NCBI RefSeq assembly: GCF_009914755.1 | Contig: NC_060925.1 | Direction: 5' to 3' (one strand) | DNA length: 64,000 nucleotides | From: the human T2T-CHM13v2.0 reference genome, Homo sapiens | Shown here: one piece after another, positions 58,345-64,000 of the stretch | Layout: every line of letters begins with the position of its first letter | How positions within the stretch are numbered: position 1 is the stretch's first letter | Position numbers and translations under genes: made by a program | The notes under the pieces: generated by a model | What the model saw: only the letters and a program-made list of their open reading frames with translations | The model's database searches: none | Told to the model about the DNA's origin: nothing

Positions 58345-58537
58345 ACCTGAGTGATTTCCTTTATACAATAGGATATAAATGAAGTGATTTAGGTTATATG
58401 AAATTTTAGAAAGTCAAATCAATCTGTAGTAAGAGAAAACCACCTGAGTTATTTCCTTTATATGATAGGATATAAACGAAGTGATTCGGGTTATATGAAA
58501 TTTTAGAAAGTCAGATCAATCTGTAGTAAGAGAAAAC
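58345..58537. repeat. ~97-bp tandem duplication within an L1ME 3' fragment (~57890-58760)
   Basis: Two copies of acctgagt..atttcctttata..aggatataaa..gttatatgaaattttagaaagtca.atcaatctgtagtaagagaaaac. Confidence 0.92.
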
Positions 58538-60661
58538 ACATTGAAGGTTGCCTAGAGAAGGAAGTGGATGTTTGGATGGATTACAGAAGGGCATGAGGGA
58601 ACTCTGTGTGGGTGGGATGTATGATGGAAACGTTTATTGTCTTCATTTTGGTGATGGTTTCACAACGCATACATATGTTATAAGTAATCGAATTGTACAC
58701 TTCAAATACTCATCAATCATTGTATGTAATATATCTTGATAAAGCTATAAAAACTTTTAAAATTATGGTAGGTCTTCAGTTTGTGGATTTTATATTAATA
58801 TATTTGTCATAGGAACTAGTCACAATTGAGGGATTGGTAATAAAGGAGAGAAAGGAAACTACATCAAGCTTTCTTTGTTGAAGGCTCATATATTCCTTTT
58901 TTGAGCTATTATACAACTTTGCTTTTTATAATTACCTATACTATTCATATACTACTATGCAGGTAAGAATATTATGTAATTAAGGGGAAGGAACTTCTTT
59001 CCAAGAATGGTTCATTCAATTTGCTTTGTTACTTTAGGTCTCATTCCTTCCTCTCGTTGCAAGCTTTGCTGTGACATTTACCCTCTCTCAATACAGCTTT
59101 TGGCGCTAGGCACTTCACATGGAATCTCTTCCTTTGTCCGGCATCAATGGATAAGACAAATATCAAAATTGTATTTCATCCCACATATCAACTAGAGGAA
59201 AGGTGAATGCATAACACTGAAAATAACAGCAACTGTTTTACTCAGTGTTTTTTTTTTTTACAGTATCCTCAAAGTGCTGTTATCTATCAAAATCAGCTGT
59301 GAAAATTTTTAAAAATAGACTCCTGGGCCCTAACCTAGACCCACTAAATCAGAGATTTGGGGGACATAGCTTGGATTCTTGATTTTTTTGAGTTTTATAA
59401 GTAATTCTTCATTTTTTGTTCATTGCAACAAATATGCATTGAGTTCTTATAATTGAGTGTTAAGCACCAGGACTAAGTATTAATTTAGAGGTACAAAAAA
59501 ACACATCATCTCTTGCCTTTAAATTATGCATATCTAATATCTATTGAGAGAAATAGATACTTCTAAAAGCACACAAAGATAAAAAGCACAAATTGTAATA
59601 ACAAACAATTATTGATATGAAAGGAAAAGCAAAGTGTCGGACTAGAAATTATTATAGGGTGGGGCAGAGGGAAGTAGTTTAGATTCCAAATCCCTAAGAG
59701 GGTCAGGGAAGGCTTCAGATGAGATTGGGTGTGTTCAGGGTGGTATGGCCATAGGCAGGCTGGGGAAGGCTTCTATAAGAAAGTGACATTTTAGCAGATG
59801 CCTGAAGGAAGAATTGAAGTCAGAGTGAAGATAAAATTGCGTCACATAGAAGGAATGTCATAGACGGGAAAAATGTGTGTCTTTGGGAAACTGAAAAAGG
59901 GGAAAGGGCCACACCTTGGTGAGGGGACCAAGTGGCACAAGATGAGGCAGGGAACATAGACAAGGGCTTCCTTGCTTAACAACTGCTGGCTTAATAAAGC
60001 AAATGTGTGATGATGGATACAGGCTGTCTGGGAAAAATAAGTAAGAAATATGAGCTTTCTTGGAGCATCATCCTTTGCTTCAGTAGAAAGCACAGAGTTA
60101 GGCTTCCAATTCTGACTAAAGCCATTGACAACAGGGAAAAGGCAACCTTAGGAATTCTCCTCTCTGTCCGGGGTCCCGTGGGCACTATGATGGAGCTCAT
60201 GAGATGCAGATGAGAAGTCCCAGGCTGAATCCGGGGCACATTCACTCAGGAGAGCTGAGGTCACCAGTCACTGAGGTCATCCAGTGCATTCCCGACAGCA
60301 TAGGCTCATTCCAAGCTAGTTCTGCAAAGGAGCAGAAAATGAACTCTTGGAAGCAAAGCAAGCACTCCCACTTTAGCGGAATAATCGAATTTAACTCTTA
60401 GAAGTCCCCTTACCCTTTTCTAAGGGTAATAATCGTAAGTATAATTTATGAAGTGCCTTCTGTGTATGTGGCAGCATATACTACTTTTGATTCTCCCTGC
60501 AAACCTGGTAGGAAAATATTATTCCCTTTATGAAGATGAAACTGAGGCTCAGCAAGATTAAGCGGTTTGCCTAAGACCTCATAGCCATTAAGTAGAAGAC
60601 ATTGGGTTCAAGATTCAATCTATGAACCCAACATTTTTAATACTATATACCATTCTCTTTT

Positions 60662-61101
60662 TGTATTAATTTCCTATTGCTGCTGTAACAAATTTCCACA
60701 AACTTAGTGGCTTAAGACAACAGAAATGTATTCTCTTCCAGTTCTGGAGGCTGACGTCTAAAATAGATCCATAGGGCTGTGTTCCTTGTGGAGGCTCCAG
60801 GGGAGCAGGGGTTTTCTTGCTCTTTCCAGCTTCCAGGGGCTGCTTCCGTCCTTTGGCTCTTGGCCTCCTTCCTCTACCTTCCAAACCAGCACCATAGTGT
60901 CTCTGAATATCCTTCTTCTGTCTCCTTTCACCCTCTTGCCTCCCTTTTATAAGGACCCTTGTGATCACATTTAAGGTCCACCTAGATAACCCAGGATAAT
61001 CTGCCCATCTCAAGATTCTTAATCACATCTGCAAAGCCCTTTAACCATTACAGGTAACAATCACAGGCTTCAGGGATCAGAACATGGATATCTCTGAGAG
61101 G
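60662..61101 (-). mobile_element. MLT1C/D-type MaLR LTR
   Basis: tgtattaatttcctattgctgctgtaacaaat...cttagtggcttaa...agcctaccaca. Confidence 0.85.
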
Positions 61102-61194
61102 TCCTTACTTAGCCTACCACACCTTTCCATATAGATTCTCAAAATTTTAGCTGAGCCTAATAAGGGAGTTCATTACCATTAGGGTCCGGTTTAG

Positions 61195-61552
61195 TAGCAA
61201 GTGCTTCCTTTAAGTGAAAAGGTGAAAGTTGTCCACTTAATAAGGAAAGAAAAACATTGTATGTTGAAGTTGCTAAGACCTAAGGTAAGAAGGAATCTTC
61301 TATCGATGAAATTGTGAAGAAGGAAAAATAAATTTGTGCTAGTTTTGCTGTCACACTTCAAACTGCAAAAGTTACAACCACAGTGCATGCTAAGTGCTTA
61401 GCTAAGAGGGGAAAGGCATTAAATTTGTGGGCGGAAGAGGTGAACAGAAATGTGTTCTAATTGACAGCTGTCAGGTTTGGTACTATCTGAGGTTTTGGGT
61501 ATCGGCTAATGTCTTGGAACATGTCCCCCAAAGATAAGTGGGTGACTACTGT
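61195..61552 (+). mobile_element. Tigger2a/MER28-like DNA transposon fragment
   Basis: aagtgcttcctttaagtgaaaaggtgaaagtt...cccccaaagataagtgggtgactactgta. Confidence 0.75.
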
Positions 61553-62133
61553 ATATTCAAAATAAGCATTTATATACTGGGGAGTAAATCTCCCATGTTA
61601 TTTGTGTTTTATTTGTCCCACAAATAAAGTAAACAAAGTAGAATTTTAGGCAAGATTCATTTCTAGAGGCAGAGATATTTTATTATAATAAAGAAGGTTG
61701 CTCTACCATAAAATATAGCAATTTAAATTTTTATAATCCTAATAACCTCAAAATATATAAAATAAAAGATGGACAACATTATAAAAAGAAATAGACAAAT
61801 GTACAATAAATAAAATATTTTAACACAACTCATTATCTAGTAAGACAAGTACTCCCCCCAAAATCAGTAAAGTATCTAGAAGATTTGAATAAATATTAAC
61901 AGATTGGATTCACTGACCTTGTTACAAGAAAGAATTATACATGATGATAGGAGAGAGGAAGCCACAGCACAGGCACTTACTGATTAACTAAATTTTGAAG
62001 CTGTGAAATGCACCTTATCCTTTAGTGAAAGATGATATAAATAGCTTAGTTGCCTTCAAACTGGCAGAGACTTTTTGAATGGATGGATGCTGATTTTTTA
62101 AAAAGGAGCCCATTTCTGAGGCATCTTTTAAAG

Positions 62134-62798
<665 letters not shown>

Positions 62799-62885
62799 GC
62801 TATTATTGAAGTGTTCTTTTTCTTTTTTGATCACATCTATGAAGTATATTGGAGAGAAAGAGAAGGTAGAATGGGAATTTCAACA

Positions 62886-63181
62886 GGGTCACGGTGGCTC
62901 ACTCCTGTAATCCCAACACTTTGGGAGGCCAAAGTGGGTAGATGACCTGAGGTCAGGAGTCGAGACCAGCCTGGCCAACATGGTAAAACCCCATCTCTAC
63001 TAAAAATACGAAAATTAGCCAGGTGTGGTGGTGGGCACCTGTAATCCCAGCTACTCAGGAAGCTGAGGTAAGGACAATTGCTTGAACCCAAGAGGCGGAG
63101 GTTGCAGTGAGCCAAGATAGCGCCACTGCACTCCAGCCTGGGTGATGGAGCCAGTCTCCGTCTCAAAAAAGAAAAAAAAAA
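62886..63181 (+). mobile_element. Alu, sense
   Basis: Sense Alu with A tail ending ~50 nt before CR1 exon 2. Confidence 0.9.
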
Positions 63182-63232
63182 GTATGGTAATTTCTCCATT
63201 AACTTTGATGCTTCTATGGTCTTGATCTCCAG

Positions 63233-63412
63233 GTCAATGCAATGCCCCAGAATGGCTTCCATTTGCCAGGCCTACCAACCTAACTGATGAGTTTGAGTTT
63301 CCCATTGGGACATATCTGAACTATGAATGCCGCCCTGGTTATTCCGGAAGACCGTTTTCTATCATCTGCCTAAAAAACTCAGTCTGGACTGGTGCTAAGG
63401 ACAGGTGCAGAC
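63233..63412 (+). CDS. CR1: CR1 exon 2 (SCR1: [59 protein letters not shown]); gene continues beyond the window
   Basis: ctccAG acceptor, C|GTAAGT donor, 180 nt; absent from the ORF track but reads as the CR1 N-terminal SCR. Confidence 0.97.
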
Positions 63413-64000
63413 GTAAGTAACTCTGGAGTGGGAACCCCCCTGTTAGTCAAACATCTGTAAGATCTGATTCAATTTGTTCAAATTTTGTAACTGAGTTGCA
63501 TATGACAATTAGTTTGCCAAGGTGCAATACATATGAGAATTATTCTTGTAGATCATACCTTGTTACTGCTTTGAGTTCCTGGCGCCTTCATTAAAAGTTT
63601 ATTTCATGAGAAACAGTCATTGCAGGACATGATTGAGGGAAAATCCCCATTCACTGGGGGTCTCCCATTTTCATGACTAAAATTAAGTAATGAATGACTT
63701 GGGACAAGAAAGAGAAGTGGATTAAATAACTAAAAGATGTGACAATCTTGGGCTTTGAGATCTTTGGATTATACCAGTTGAATTGAATTACAGATAATAA
63801 CAAAGTTTACATTTTTCTGGGAGGCATAATATGGGGATGAAACAGATCTGAAAGGAAAGTTTTTTTTGAAAGGGAGCTGATCCTGAGGCAGTCTGGTGAG
63901 TTTCCTCAAGGTAGCAAAATCTGTGGAACCATCAGAACTGCGTGTGTTCCTCAGTAAGCTACAGGCAGGTTGAGACCTTATGTACTAAAAAAAGTTTTTA

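Noticed and set aside
60255-60290. Repeated TGAGGTCA half-sites in CR1 intron 1
   Set aside because: Looks like a short 16-bp duplication with non-standard spacing; no support for function.

Overview
Human genomic DNA from the regulators-of-complement-activation (RCA) cluster on 1q32. The window holds the complete CR2/CD21 gene on the + strand: a CpG-island/TATA promoter near 11.6 kb, 19 coding exons (11720-42862) that splice by GT-AG junctions into a 3279-nt CDS (1092 aa; 1033 aa without the 177-nt alternative exon 11), and a non-coding last exon ending near 47205. About 6.4 kb further on are the promoter, exon 1 and exon 2 of CR1/CD35. The rest is interspersed repeats (Alu, L1, L2, MIR, MaLR LTRs, hAT/Tigger) and microsatellites. 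Notable structure not in the ORF track: (i) four decayed SCR/CCP pseudo-exons in CR2 intron 1 (18930-22093), relics of the CR1-like N-terminal domains that mouse still splices from Cr2; (ii) an L1PA insertion about 0.8 kb upstream of the CR1 ATG with both a twin-priming 5' inversion and a ~230-nt 3' transduction inside one 13-bp TSD; (iii) signs that CR2 exons 3 and 15 grew by acceptor shifts from a 177-nt ancestral exon; (iv) an in-frame, stop-free, hydrophobic 84-nt intron 3; (v) candidate CR2 regulatory motifs lying inside old retroelements. I found no wholly new biological system: the pseudo-exons are to my recollection already described, and the other items are hypotheses. Repeat subfamily names come from memory of consensus sequences and repeat boundaries are approximate.
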